Source: Chrysomallon squamiferum
Lineage: Eukaryota > Animalia > Mollusca
Direction of reading: 5' to 3'
Length of the DNA: 64,000 nt
NCBI GenBank assembly: GCA_012295275.1
Contig: CM022673.1
Span: forward strand, 29,140,001 to 29,204,000
In this document: piece by piece, positions 11,546 through 43,157 of the stretch
Position numbering within the stretch: the stretch's first letter is position 1
Layout: every line of letters starts with the position of its first letter
Translations under genes and position numbers: made by a program
Notes under the pieces: generated by a model
The model's input: the letters and a program-made list of their open reading frames with translations, nothing else
What the model was told of the DNA's origin: nothing
Database searches by the model: none

Positions 11546-12033
11546 GAAGTGATGAAAAATCAGAATTAAAATGGCTGAAATCATTTTTTTCCAGACTCAC
11601 TACTTTTTGTGTGTACAGCCTAACCAGACGACATTGATTGACATGGATCACTGCAGTGTAATCAGTGGCGACTTCGGGAAAATAAAAAAAAATAAATACT
11701 AGCGAAAGTAAGTCGAAACTTTGGCCAGTAAACCTTTTATTATACATTTTGTATGGAGTTTGATGTGGTTTTGAATAAAAAGTCTTAAGATTTAGTGTGT
11801 TTTTGTTTGTTGTTGTTTTTTTTTGTTTTTTTTCAATTTTATTTTATTTTCTTGTTTAGGTTATTGATTCCACATTTACATTAAAACCAAATAAAAATTT
11901 CCGTAGAATAATAGACCATCATTCAAGAAAAAAAAATCCTTGCTCTTTTGGCACATTCACGTTTGGCACAAAACTCTAAGCAAAGGAAGGGAAACAGCGC
12001 ACTGAACGTGGCGTGTTGTGAACTGAATCTGTT

Positions 12034-21335
<9,302 letters not shown>

Positions 21336-21414
21336 AATGTAACTCTTTAAGTGCGCGCAGCAAATGTAATTTTGGGAAATAATTCTTTCGAATAGGAGCT
21401 GGCGCTGGTTCTTG

Positions 21415-21495
21415 ATTTAATATTATATATTAAGATACGTTGAAAGGTTTCTAGGCGTAATTTACTCAATATCATCCAATAGAATTTGATTAAGC
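21415..21495 (-). promoter_or_regulatory. Putative core promoter of the homeobox gene (TATA-like, CCAAT, P3/RCSI-like site)
   Basis: Minus-strand TATATAAT near 21422-21429; CCAAT at 21476-21480; TAATCAAATTC at 21492-21482; 90-160 bp upstream of ATG. Confidence 0.45.
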
Positions 21496-22470
21496 AGCCG
21501 TATAAGTGTTTTCTTCATGACATGGGATTTAATACCAGCGGCATTTGAAAAAATCTGCTACATGGTATCGCTTCACATTAATTTGAACGTGCGTTTTCAG
21601 ACAAAGAGGTGCTGCTGCTGTTTGGTCTTTGACATCGTATTTTATTGTTTGTACTGGTATTTTCAACTCTTAATAAAGTTTTTTCTTCATTATAAATATA
21701 TAGATATATCGTTGAAATATTTACCACAAATACTAATGTATTTTTAATATTATGGTTTAATGTTGTTATTGATATTGTAGGTAATAATTTATATATATAT
21801 ATATATATATTTTTTTTTCCTTTATTTTGAATTTACATTAATTTTTATTGTTCTTACTGATATTTAATTGCCATTGCTACTAATAAATTTTAATTATGAT
21901 TGTATATACTTGTTTATTTATTCAGATTTTGTATGTTTACACCGAAGTCAAAAAATTATACTTGCTTTAAGGGATTAAATAAATATTTAAAAATTTGTTT
22001 ATTTATTGAAAGATTAGTTGCAAAATATTAAATATTAACTACCTGATTTTTGGCTACCTTGACTTTTATTACAGGTGTTTATTTGTTTTTTCTTCTTTTC
22101 TTTTTCGGGGAGGAGGGGAAATGGTGTCTTTTCGTTCCTGTGTTCAATCGTTCATACACTTTCCTGTTTCATAAATCATAAAAATTAAAATGACTTATAT
22201 TACATGAACCATACTTAAACTCTGCAGTAAAACGTATAATTAAAGCATTTATAATCATTATTAGATCAAAATAAAGTAAACATAATTTCATTCAAACTAT
22301 TGATATACGAATTGTAAAATTTTATCTCAGATCTCTCGTAAACATTACGGAAATCCTTGAAACATATATAAACTTATATTATTCACAAGTAGGAAACTGT
22401 CATGTTATCTCATGTTTAAATTCACAGGAGTGTGCCTATTATGGATATGGGTTAAATAGTATAGGATCGG

Positions 22471-22565
<95 letters not shown>

Positions 22566-23337
22566 GTATGTATGTATGTATGTATCTATGTATGTATATA
22601 TGTATATATTGTTCTGGACGTTATAATAATAATTAACAATCAATAGTTTATATTAAAACAGAAACGTAGCAACTGTAACTAATCTGTCTAGGATTGTCTC
22701 TGCCTACACACGAATATTTTCGTTATCATAACATTTAAGACACGTATAAAAAAAAAAAAAAATTATCAGTTATTTTATTATGGTTTGAATCTGCAAGCCT
22801 TTTACATCCGCCATTTTTAATACTTAGCTGACAGCGTAAAACGAGGAGGATCAAATAAGCCGACAAAGGACACAGGGAGGTTTTAGACCCTTAGTCCTGT
22901 CAACGTTATAACACTAACATCCTGGGGAATATTTCTGTACTGAAAGTCAAATTACTTTTGTTTTAAGTTTTCTAAGACATTCCGGGATCAGGCGCTGATG
23001 TTGTTTTTTGAAAGATTTCTCTCGTTACGGATGAAATAATTTTACGATTACTAAGACCCTCACCCCACCCCGCGCCTCTGTGTTAGCCTCTGGACTCCTT
23101 CCTGTGACAGATTTTTCGTGTGCGGATTGGATGACGTACAAGTGACTAATCTCGGAGCACGTAGAAGCTGGTAACACGCTGTTTTAATTAATCAAAGAAG
23201 ATGTCTGAGGAAATGACGCTTCATCAGTCAGTGAAAGAAAAATAAACACCAATGAACTGTCGAGTTGTGTGTGTGTGCGTGTGTGGGTGGGTGTGGGTGG
23301 TTGTGGGTGGGTGTGTCTGTGTGTTCATAAAATTATG

Positions 23338-23535
23338 TATATTTGATGAGTATACATGTATGTGTATGTATAATTACGTGTTTGAATGCATGTATGTATT
23401 TATATATTTGATGAGTGTATAATGTATGTGTATGTATAATTACGTGTTTGAATGCATGTAGGTATTTATATATTTGATGAGTGTATAATGTATGTGTATG
23501 TATAATTACGTGTCTGAACGCATGGATGTATTTAT
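23338..23535. repeat. ~66-bp minisatellite, 3 copies
   Basis: tttgatgag..tgtatgtgtatgtataattacgtgt recurs at 23342, 23407, 23473. Confidence 0.88.
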
Positions 23536-25284
23536 AACTAAACAATTATTGGCTTTAACATAATTATACATTTATTCACCACGTATTTTGGGATCCGTTT
23601 GTTCCTTAAGATATGTTTTTTTCCATTTAGCAGTGTTTATAAATCGTGTTCTATCAGAACTGAGCAAAAATTGAGAACGAAAACAATAAAGCATTGTTTG
23701 TTTGTTCTCTACTTACTGAACTAAACATATGTCACATTTTTATGTATTTATTATTAATTTTTTTTTTTACACTTTATTAGCATACCGAGTATTGGTATTT
23801 CATTATTCGTGCAAAATAACGATCCTTTATTTTTTTGTTTTATTAAACGCTGAAAGTGATAATTTTTTTGAACATTACAGTGAGGTTTAATGAGTAAAAC
23901 GCTACAAGTACTTAAGCGCCCACTGAAACTGCTGTTTGACGATTACAGTTTTAATCAGCAAGGTGATTCTCACCAACAATCGGCTGAGGACAGCTATTCA
24001 GTGTTGTTTTCAGACATGCGTCATATATTAGCAATTTGAGCTTTACTTCATATATTGTTTAGCGTTTGTGTTTACTAAATCTCATTTCTTTGTTTGTTCT
24101 GAGCAAAGTTTTCACGTCATACAACAACAGTGTTGAAATAGCCCGCGATGAACGATTTAAAAAAAAAACATACTCAGGGAGTTAAATTTCACGTCATTTT
24201 GACAGTATTCCAATATTTTGTACAAAATATACAGTTATATATTTAATCTTTATGGTTGTTGTTGTTGTTGTTGTTGTTTTGTTAGTAGTAGTAGTAGTTA
24301 TAGAAGCAGTGGCATTAGTAGCTGCTGTAATGATAACAGTATTAAAAGTAGTACTTGCAATAATAATAATAACAGCAATAGCAGTAATGGTAATAGCAAT
24401 GGTAGTGGTGATAGTAGCTGGTGTATTAGAGTAGAAGTAATACTAAACAAAACAAAAACAAAAATTAAAAAAGAAAAGTCACGCAAGAAGATATTTGACT
24501 TTTTCGTCACACTTGTTACGTGTTTTGCCCACTCCTTTTTGTTGTAAACAACAACCAAAATAACAGTGACCGTAAACAGATAAGTTCAGTTTTGTATCAC
24601 TCAACACATTTGTCTGTGTCTCTCACCGTATCAACACAATACCTGTCGAGTTTTCATTTCAGTCGCTGACTGCGAAAAATACTGGAATGAACAGCCTATA
24701 CGAGATTCCGTTTTTACTGAGCGCAGTGTGAGTTTTGGGTATCACCACAGAACGTTACTAGGATATCCTTCATTATCTCAAAATTGCGTAAGGCGACATT
24801 TACTATTACGAACATACGAACACATTCATTCACTCCTTACGCGAAAGAAGTACCAGCCTTGTTACGTACGTAGTGGAAATCCGCAGTGTGGTGACAGTGG
24901 TATAAACAAGCGCGTGCTTCTCTCTCTGTGTGTGTTCGACAGACCGAGAGTCAGGCCAGTGTTCTTTATAAAAAAAGATTTCAACTTTTGCCTTGAACTT
25001 GTTCACGCGAGGACAGATAATAATCAACGGTGTTTGTATTCAACGAAAAGGACACGGGTGCAGAAGAAATTCAAAATATATAAGGGAGAAAACAAAAATA
25101 AATAGCTGTCCCAGTTTAAAACAAGTGAGTGTTCATTTTGACAAATAGTTTCTTACCTTTTTCAGTTTGTGTGGCGGTTATTCTTTTTTTCCTTTCTTTT
25201 CTTTTCTGTGTATATTTATGTATATTATTATTTTTTTTTTTTTTTTTTGTATCCGTTTTTGTTTGTTTTGTTGTTTGATTTTTT

Positions 25285-25326
<42 letters not shown>

Positions 25327-28300
25327 ACTGGTAATGAAAACGAGTATCTTTCCTTTTCTTTTTAATAATTTTTTACTTGCTTAGAATTAGAATCTTCCAA
25401 GTGCTACCAGTTAACTTTTAGGCAGTATCATAGACATTCAGTTTAACAGTATTCTCACTTTTGCACTTTGAACTGCCAACGGTGATATACGCGGAAAAAA
25501 ACAAAAAACAAAAAAAAACCCTGCTTTGTACAGACAAACCTCTTTATAACGAGCCCCTACACATCGCCATTCACATTTACCGCAATGAAAATGCTTGAGC
25601 GCTGTATTTAGATAAAAATACATTTTTCCGTGTTTCGCCGCCTTCCGCTATAGATCACCATGAGTCCACCGACCCAGTTATACAGCAAACGAACAACAAA
25701 ACAACCCGCTATATCGCACCCCTATCAAATCTGTATAAATAATCAGGCAAATCAGATTTCATTTAAATAAGGTTTATTTATTTACCAAGGAACACAGACA
25801 CAGTGAATGTATATAATGACTAAGTACAGTTATTAGCTAGCTGGACATTGAGGGGACGCAATCACCATGGTAACTGTTATTGCAGTCAGACAGGGTAGAG
25901 TTAAAAAGATACAGCAACAAACATTAGCATCAGGAAACTGTTTACGTTATAAATTAAGAAAATAAACTGAATCTGTTAAACATGGACATCCTGTACAAAA
26001 TTTAAGCCGAGAGACATAATTATTTTGATGAATAACAACAAGTTCCTAGCATTTCTTTTTTTATCATAGTAATTATGTTAAAATATATTCATTTAAAACC
26101 ATCAAAGCATGTAGAAACATAGATACATAGATTCATAAATACTTAATTATATAAATACATACATACATACATAGTCCATACATACATACATACATAAATA
26201 CACACATACATGCACACACTCATACATATATGCAATATTAATGTTGTTTATGAATCATAAAATATAAAAACAGCTGTTTGATAAAAAAAAATAAGATCAA
26301 AATGAATGTGTCACAAGACAGTAAAGATTTTTTTTTTAATAACCTTGAAACCGTAATAAAACTCAGTTTATCTCGATATGCAGAATGCTCAGCGAGCCTC
26401 TGTGTTTGTCACGACTGAGTCTTTCCTCATTTGCATTTAAAATGTCTGCGCATTGACTTAACTCCAGCTGTTGTCTGTCGGGTGTAGAGCCGTTATATTG
26501 CTCTGTCCAGATTTCTGGAACTTTGGTGGTATAAATAGAACCTTCCTGTCTCTCATTAGAACAAAGGATTTAGATAAGCAGCCGTTTACACGTGAAGAAG
26601 TGGCCATGAGAGTAATGAAAACAACAAGGTTGTAAAAAAAGTGCATTCTGAGGTTTCAAAAGTGAGTGTTATTTTTATTAGTTCATAGGATGTGTCGGGT
26701 GCCCAAATTGGTATTGTCTTGATCCTTGCGTAAATCTCGAAATCCCAGCTGGTGCTGACTTGAAAGATATTGTATTCTTGTGTGATATTTCTCAAGGAGT
26801 TTAGTTTATTGAAATTTTGAATCTGACTTGTATTATGAATAGGACTAATTATTATTATTAGTAAACAATGATTACATAGCAATAATCAGAACAACAAATT
26901 TGAGGACCAAAATACATCATGATTGTCGGGGCCAGATTTACCTACAAATCATCGGCGCAAATCTGGCCGCTGACAACAATTTTTAATCTGGTTCCCATTT
27001 GAAAAGTATAAACACTATACATTTAGTGTTTGTGTAATTTGAAGCAGAAATAGATGTTCTACACATTATTCACTCCATTTTGTTGTTTCCTTTTCTCTGT
27101 GAAACTTTAGGTGAGGTTGAATGGAAAAGGATATCAGAATTACCACACCTTACCCTATATAAAATGATCCATACTCAAAAGGTGAGCCTTGACGCGTGAC
27201 AAAAAATTATTTTTAAATGAAAATGCTAATATTAGTGGAACGTCTTACTAGAAGATAGTTTGAGATCATTTGTTGATGTTAAAGGTCATTATCTAAAAAA
27301 AAACACCCAATGTCATCGGAGGTCACTGATGACATGAAAAGAAGTCAAAGAAAATGTTATAATAACTGGAACATGTTGCTAAACATGTCTCAACTCATTC
27401 AGATAGGCTACTTTAGTAAATATTCTTTTATTGTTGATTTAGAAGGAAAATATTATGTCGTCAGTAACATCCAGTGAGGGTCCTTTTAATTTTTTGGTTT
27501 TATGTTAAGTTTAAGCTTGAAATGAATTACAAAACCAAGATTTTACATTGCGGTTTATAAATATTAATGTTACTTTAAAAGAAAGCATTTGATCTTTAAC
27601 TATAATCCTCTGCAATACGTAAAGTCAGTTAAGCCTTGGAATCCACTCCAGAAAGGTGTTTCAGGTATTAAGGAAGTAAAATGTATACAATTATGAGACT
27701 AAAGGCAATTAAAGGCACAGGTGTGATAAGACTGTCATTTGAAGAAGACATAAAATAAATTTCTTAGCTTAGTACTTGGTGTCACTTGACTGCAAACAAA
27801 AGTTACCTCTTATGGAACTTATAAAAATAATCTAAGTTTTAAAACTGATCTATTTATGATTTTATGATATTTAAACAGTGATTAGCTTTTTATTCAGCAT
27901 TCTATCAATACCTCTGAAGACATTATTCTGTTACGTAGTATAGTTTGTTAATTCGCCGTTTATCGCATGAATTTTGAAAGCAAAACAGTCGCCTGTCTTA
28001 GAACGGAAAAGATAGTAATCGGCAAAACACAATGTTAATTCGTTTGTTTTAGAACGTATTCATATTATATACAGCAAAAGTCAGAACAAAGTAATTTTCT
28101 TAGCTGTGTACTTGCTGTGATTTGACTGGGAAGGCATTTTTCGACATTTTTCGACATTTTTCGACAACTTTTGATATAAGCCATTGCACTGTTACAGAAA
28201 GATCGAACGGTGACCGCCCCCCTAGCTGTCCTAAACTAACACTGATGAAAGTTGGACGTAGTTAAACCAGGCGTTTGTAGAACAAGCTATTTTAGGACTT

Positions 28301-28517
28301 TCTACCCCACCCTCTGCCTGCACGCCACTGCAAATAAACCATTGAGTTTTTTAACATTACAAAGACCTTGCTATCACACGTATTTTTTTTTTTTTTTTAC
28401 TATATAAACAACACGGTGAAAAAGAATCGTGATATCACGTAAAGCGAAAATGTTGGTTCAGTTTTAACATGACAAAGCAGGTAGCCCATCTGTACAGTTC
28501 AGCTTTTGAGCATGGTC

Positions 28518-28520
<3 letters not shown>

Positions 28521-28579
<59 letters not shown>

Positions 28580-28688
28580 TATAGTGTATGTGTCTGTGTG
28601 TGTGAGTGTGTTTGTGTATGTGTGTATGTGTGTGTGTGTGTGTGTCTGTGTGTGTAAGTGTGTGTGTGTATGTGTGTGTCAGTGTGTG
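28521..28688. repeat. (TG)n imperfect microsatellite
   Basis: Direct reading. Confidence 0.95.
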
Positions 28689-29941
28689 AAGTTTAATTAA
28701 TTTATTTCTCATATATTTTTGTTTTTGTAAGGTAGGATGAGCAGACTAACACTCGTCTTAGTCATTCTTTGAAAATTAGTTACACTAAGCAATAATCGCA
28801 AAATGCTCTTTACATGGCTATGAAAAACAAAAACTGGCTTTATACGATTATAAAAATATGTGACTGCAGGCGTTTTGCGTTTATGATACGTAACTTCAAA
28901 CATTTAGCGTGAGGGTCTGACTAACACGGGTTCAGACTAAGGTCAAGAACACCTTGCGTCGATCTCAAACGTTGATACAGATATGTATAAGTATGCTAAT
29001 GAGCGGTAGGTAGACTGATAAGAAAAGCATTTGGTCAAACATTACCTCTAACGACTGCAGCTAAGCTTGGTCACTTTGGAGATAACGACGCACAAAGAAA
29101 CATCGAGGTCTGCTTAACTTCCTGAACTCCTTTTGTTCTTGACAAGTTTTGAAAAAAGGTTATAATAATAATAATAATAATTAAAAAAAAATATATGAAG
29201 CCAAATTGCTTATATCTAGACACATCAACAAATAATATTTGTTTCTAATTCAGGAACTACACGCACTCAGGTGCATGATAGTTCATCTTGTTTGACCCTT
29301 TGAACCTTAATAATGGTAACAAAACAGGTTTTGATAAAAAGGTAAATCCCACCAGCCACACCGTTTAGGAGGTTGTCACAGTCCAGCTGTTACTGCGACA
29401 CGGATACTGTCATTTCTGATGGAGAGAGCAGTTTTAAGTGACAGTCACCAGAAGCAGCGAATACAGTCAGTACACTGAAGAATCCTAACTGTGTTTTTAC
29501 TTGATAGTTTCTCTTCTGACTGTGGATAAAAAAAAAAGTTTTGTTAATTCAGCCGATCACTAGAGTTGTGCAGAAAGTGAGATGTGACTGCGTTTTGAAT
29601 ATTTGTGGATTATATTACTTTTGTGTTGAATAACAAAAGAAGAAGTCTCTAAAAAAAAAAATTTTTGTGTGCTGTTTAAAAAGGAAGGATTGCTAGATAT
29701 AGCAATTAAATAAGCCTCGACCACTAGATTTGTATTCAAAACCGCCGTACCATGTAAAGATTAAAAACACATTATTATGCAGAAAGTGAAATTAAAGATG
29801 TGACAGTTTGAGCTATTTTTTGATACTGTATTGGGATGCATTCTTATTTGATACTGGGGATGCGTTGTAAAAGAAAGTTAGTTTGTTGACGAATGTTCTA
29901 CTTTCTTATTTTTTTTCAGCAGATAAAGACAGGATTCTACA

Positions 29942-36049
<6,108 letters not shown>

Positions 36050-37772
36050 GTTTGAAACTTTTACCAACATCAGTTTTTTCTCAAATGTATTTACTAAAGT
36101 CGGTGAGTTTGAACAACATTTCTGAAGATAAGAAAACCAGCAACCGCACTCTGCTGTAATGTGAAGAATATTTTTAAAAAGTCTTTATTGACACAAGTGT
36201 CAGGAAACAACAGTTAACACGAACACACAGCTAGCTATAAGCTATTCACAGCAATAGCTTGTATTCACATATGCAATACCCAAACCTTTCTCTTCATTTT
36301 ACGTTCATCAGTTTGTGACTTAGTCAAAATAGTCATCACATTCATTGTTATTTCATGATTTCATGCTCACTGTTTTCTATATCTACACACATGTCCAGTC
36401 AGTTCTGTATATATTGTTACTATTTTGAAAACATATCACGAAATATGTTGAAATTATGCAATTGTTTCTTCATACATTTTCAATATTTATTTATTGTAAT
36501 AGATCTTATTATCATTTTGCAAATATTGTTGTATGTCTAACCAGGAAATCTTCCTATATCATTTTCATAGAAAAAACCACTTTTAATTTTTGATATAATC
36601 ACTCCAATTGATTCAAAGTTTTAAATGCATATCACATTTGTTACAGTTGTTAAGCACAAATACAGTAACTAGACGTTCCTGCCACCTTTTTTCCTGACTT
36701 AGGAAACATCGTTATTTTTTTTTTATCGACGTTTATATAATAGTATATGAATATTCAGTAAATATTAGCGGAAAGGGGGAAAAAAAATTTTCTAAAAAGA
36801 AATAAATTAACATATAAAAGGAAACCAGTTTCCTATTAGCGGATGGGACAAAACTCGCCCACGGAAACCTGACAAGGATTTACAGGATAAAGGATTAGGC
36901 GCACGACCAGTCAGCCTCTCTTTGGGACAAAGCTGAACGACATGGATGACTGAATACTCATATCTTTATCGAGAGAGTGATTCATGCAGTATCTGAATTT
37001 GTGAAAGAACGAGACTTGATATCGCACGAACTCAAGAGGTGATTCACTCTTACATTTCTCGTTGCCAAAAGTTTCTCTGGAGGCGAATCACTGAACCTTG
37101 AAACAATCGTAAAACGCGTATCCATATTGCAAACTTCAAATGTATCTTTTGAAGTTAACACATAAAACATGATTATATGGCTACGTGTCATAAATGTATA
37201 ATTCCTTTCAGTCGAAGGGCTGTCATGTCAAACATTCCGTGTTTTATCTTTACGCTGGTTTATTCGTCAGTTTAATTTGTAAAATGTTCATCCTCTCTCA
37301 GATATGGTTGTGATTTAAAATTGTTTATTTTCGATAAAAAATAAATTATAAAATAAAAATTTGAAAATCATCGTATATTATATCATTTTATATTACTATT
37401 ATATATTTACGAAGTTGAATAGGTTGTTCTGTAGATAGTTACTGTTTTCTTATGTTTGTGACCATGATACAGTTTTATGGGATACATACATTATTATATT
37501 TTTTATACTAGTTTAGATTTTTTTATTAAGTAAATGAGTGATATATTTTCTTTAAATAAAATATTTTAAAAAGTATAGATGAAGTTATTTTGTTATTTTA
37601 GTGTATGTTCTGTGCTTGTACAGAACGTTTTTCAAACGTATTTCCTTCTCGCTAATATTTTTCCCCAATTTCTTAAAATTTCTTTTTTAAACTATTAATA
37701 TTAAATCTAGTTTTCTTTGTAACTCATAAAGACGTATGCGTAATTGTGTGTCTCTGTGTGTGTGCGCGAGCT

Positions 37773-39097
<1,325 letters not shown>

Positions 39098-39680
39098 GAG
39101 AGGAGGGGAAGAAGACGGGAATGAATGAGAGAGAAAGGGAGAGAAAGATGGGGAGACGATACAGAATCACAGCCAAACAGAAAAAAAAAGAGACACGAAT
39201 AAAGAAACAAAGAGATGCATTGTATAAAAGTGTAATAAATTCCCTGAACAAAAGCTGTGTGACGCAATAGCTGAAACAAAAACCTGGCGGGCACTGACAT
39301 GTTTATCCATAAAGAGTACGATTTCAAATTATTTCCTCAGTAGCCTGGGCAGTGTGGTTGCGTCGGAAATGGGAAATTTGATAATCAGAAGGGAATGACG
39401 AGGTTCGTGTTAATTTGACCCTGGAAGTGATCTAGACTCTGGATTCTAAAGGAGCCGGTTGTCAAACCTGGCTGCCAAACTGCGAGACATAAAGATTAAA
39501 TGTTTACCATGTATTTCCGTAAAAACAAATTTTAAGTCATGAAAGAAAGAAATGAATGAATGAATGAATGAATGAATAAAAACAGTTAATTAATTAATTA
39601 CCTACCGAATTATTATTATTATTATTATTTTATCATCATCATCATCATAATCATAATTATAATCATTATAGTTGTTGTTA

Positions 39681-39739
<59 letters not shown>

Positions 39740-40360
39740 TAATGAACGTATGATTTTAATATAAATATATATATATATATATATATGTCTGCGGCGCTAT
39801 CTTCTACTGAAATTGTAAATGAGTTCGTATTGTTCTATTCTTGTTTGCTGACTTTTTCCATTATCATTATGATGATATTCTTGTTATTGATCATTTTTAT
39901 TATTATTATCATTATGATGATAATCATTTTTTACATTAAATGATCGACGTCATCGTCAGTTTTCATCATCATCATCATCATCATTTCAATTAGTTACATA
40001 TTAAACAATTATTATTACAAAAAAAAAAATCAGAATTAGCCTTGCAATTTGGTTTTATTAGTTTTTATTCATTATTACTTATTAAATTAATGTAACAAGG
40101 TAAACAGATGCAAGTTTATTTCAGGGAAAACAGAACTGTCTTAATTTTTAAAATTATTTTTATGAAAATCGTTTGAAACATTAAAATTTTGTTTGTCATT
40201 TCGACCGGGAGAATCATCTATCTGTTTATGACTTGCCTGTCTGTTTCCTGTCTATCTGTTTTCCTGTCTATCTTTCTCTTTTTTTTTTTCTGTTTTCTCA
40301 CAGTTTTTGTAAATCTCTCTTTTCTCTGTTTTTCTCAGACTCTCTCAGACTCTAAATCTG

Positions 40361-40461
<101 letters not shown>

Positions 40462-41098
40462 CCTGCTCTCTCTCTCTGGATATGTGTATAAGAAATTGTG
40501 TGTTTTTATGTGTATGAAAGGAAAATAAAGAAAAAGAATGTGTGAATTGCTTTACGTTTGTATATCTCACTTTTCTCTTTTCTGTTTTGTACGTTCTTCG
40601 ACATGCTTTATTTCTTTACTAGAATTTTCTCTTAATTTTCTTTTTTCTTTCGTTCACATTTCATGGTTTTTGGGTTTTTTTTTTTCCCCCTCCCCAAGTT
40701 GTTTGGCATAAGGATTTTCTCCCTTTCTAGCTTATTTAAAGAAAGAATTTTAAATTAAAAAAAAAAAAAAAGTCCGAATTAAATCATATACATTAAGGGT
40801 CAAGCTCAATTTAAGCAGTGTTTGTATTTTACTGGGAACAGAGATCCCTGGAGAGCGATGATTTTACCTCATCAGCAGTAAAACAAAAGAGACGAGAAAA
40901 AGAAATATAATGAAAAGTTACCAGTGAATACATTTTTATGGATAGACGACTGAAGTTGGAATAAGAAGTGAGAGAAATACAGGTATTCTAAGCGATTTAG
41001 AGCTGTATTTTGTGCTATCGTATGGAATGATCAACATTTGTACATGCAATATTATGTATAAGTTAATCCAATGTGTAGCTAAAAAGTTTTTATGTATC

Positions 41099-41251
<153 letters not shown>

Positions 41252-41733
41252 GGCAACAGACAGACAATTAGGGAAGTAAAAAGGTTAGACTAAGCAAATG
41301 CCTCTCTGTGATTGACACATATAATTACCTGAAACAAGGTTAATGATTGAGAACTCGCTTTTGTTTTCTTACAGCTCAAGCGAAACGCGCGTCTTGTACA
41401 TGGTTCGAAGCATGCAACTAAACATTCCTCCCTGTTAGCTCTGTAATATACCTGTGTACCAGCATGAACTCTCTAGCTGTCTGACTGACGCCTTCGAAGT
41501 AAGGTCTGTGTGTAAAGTGGATGTGTAAAACAAGGGTTAGATATTCCCACAGTTTAACCACAGCGAAGAGATGTGTGTAGTTTCTGCTGGATTCCTGAGA
41601 AATCATAATAATTTTATTTAAAAAAAGAAATTTTCGTCACCAGCTCTTTCTATTATTTTTTTTATTTTTATTTTTATTTTATTTTTTTTAATTTTTATTT
41701 TTTTTTTTTTTATTATTATTATATTATTTTTTA

Positions 41734-41787
<54 letters not shown>

Positions 41788-42343
41788 TTATTTTATTTTA
41801 TTTTTTGTTAGTCAGAGAAAATTAACACCTATTTCACTTTCTCCATATTATTATTATTATTACTGGATTTTGTATTTCCCTTTGATTCTTTTTCTCTGTA
41901 TAAAAGGAATCTTTTTTCTTTTTTTTTTTTTCTCTTCAAACTACATCTAATATAATAAAGATGAAACACTGCGCCCGAGTTTTATATTCTTCCCGTAAAT
42001 GAATAACATTTCGAACACATTCATATGAAACATAACAGTTTCAATAATCTGCTTTTCAAAATAACAGAGCTTGATTATAGCTTGGAAAACATGCAGCGTA
42101 CAATTCCTCGGTTGCTGTAGATCATAATAAAATTGGCATATTATAGGGCAGCTTCTGATATGATAACATTCAATACCAGGCTGTGATAAGCACGTGTCAA
42201 ATAAAATAGATTAAAATTTATTTCACTGCATTGCCTATTTTTCTCCTGCATATTAATCGATGTACGCTAACATGTTCGAAATATTTAGTAAATAAATAAC
42301 AGAACAGAACATCTCTCCATACACCAAGGTTCACATTATTTTA

Positions 42344-42441
<98 letters not shown>

Positions 42442-42849
42442 CAGTCAGCCATTTTCTAACGTTCTTCTTACGTCCACCGAACATTCAAACACGTCTGTTT
42501 TTGGACAAAACACTTTCGAAAAAAAAAAAAAAAAATGTATTGTCTCCCTTAGGATTTTTAAAGAGAAGAAATATTGAACTACCGTAACTAGCGCGTAGTC
42601 GGAGCCGATTATGACTCGATCCCACTACTGCAAGACACGGCGATGACGTCACATAATTATGACGTCATGTAGTCTGTGTTTCCAGATTACGAAGCAGTGC
42701 ATTATTTATCCGCTGTCTGCAACGCGAAACAAGTGGTGCGTTACCTTTAATTCTCTCTCTTCCACTGATTAAGTACGTTAATTACTTCTTTCTTCAGAAA
42801 AACTGTAAAGCGTGATCTCTGGGGGAATATTATTCTACTTTATTGTGCA

Positions 42850-43125
42850 AGGCAACAGTACCAGGTAATATGTGATTATCAAAAACAGTTTTAAAGAACT
42901 GTTCTGCAAACCATTACTTTTTTGTGCGAAGTAGTTGTGAATTTAATTATATTATATATGTCTGTCTGTCTGTCTCTCTCTCTGTATCTGATTGTATGTT
43001 TGTATGTATGTGTGTATGTGTGTATACGTTTTTAAACAGTATTTATTCGTTTGTTTTAGAATATTGTATGTCAAATTACATATGCGTATGTGTGTATCTA
43101 TGTATATATATATATATATATACAT

Positions 43126-43157
<32 letters not shown>

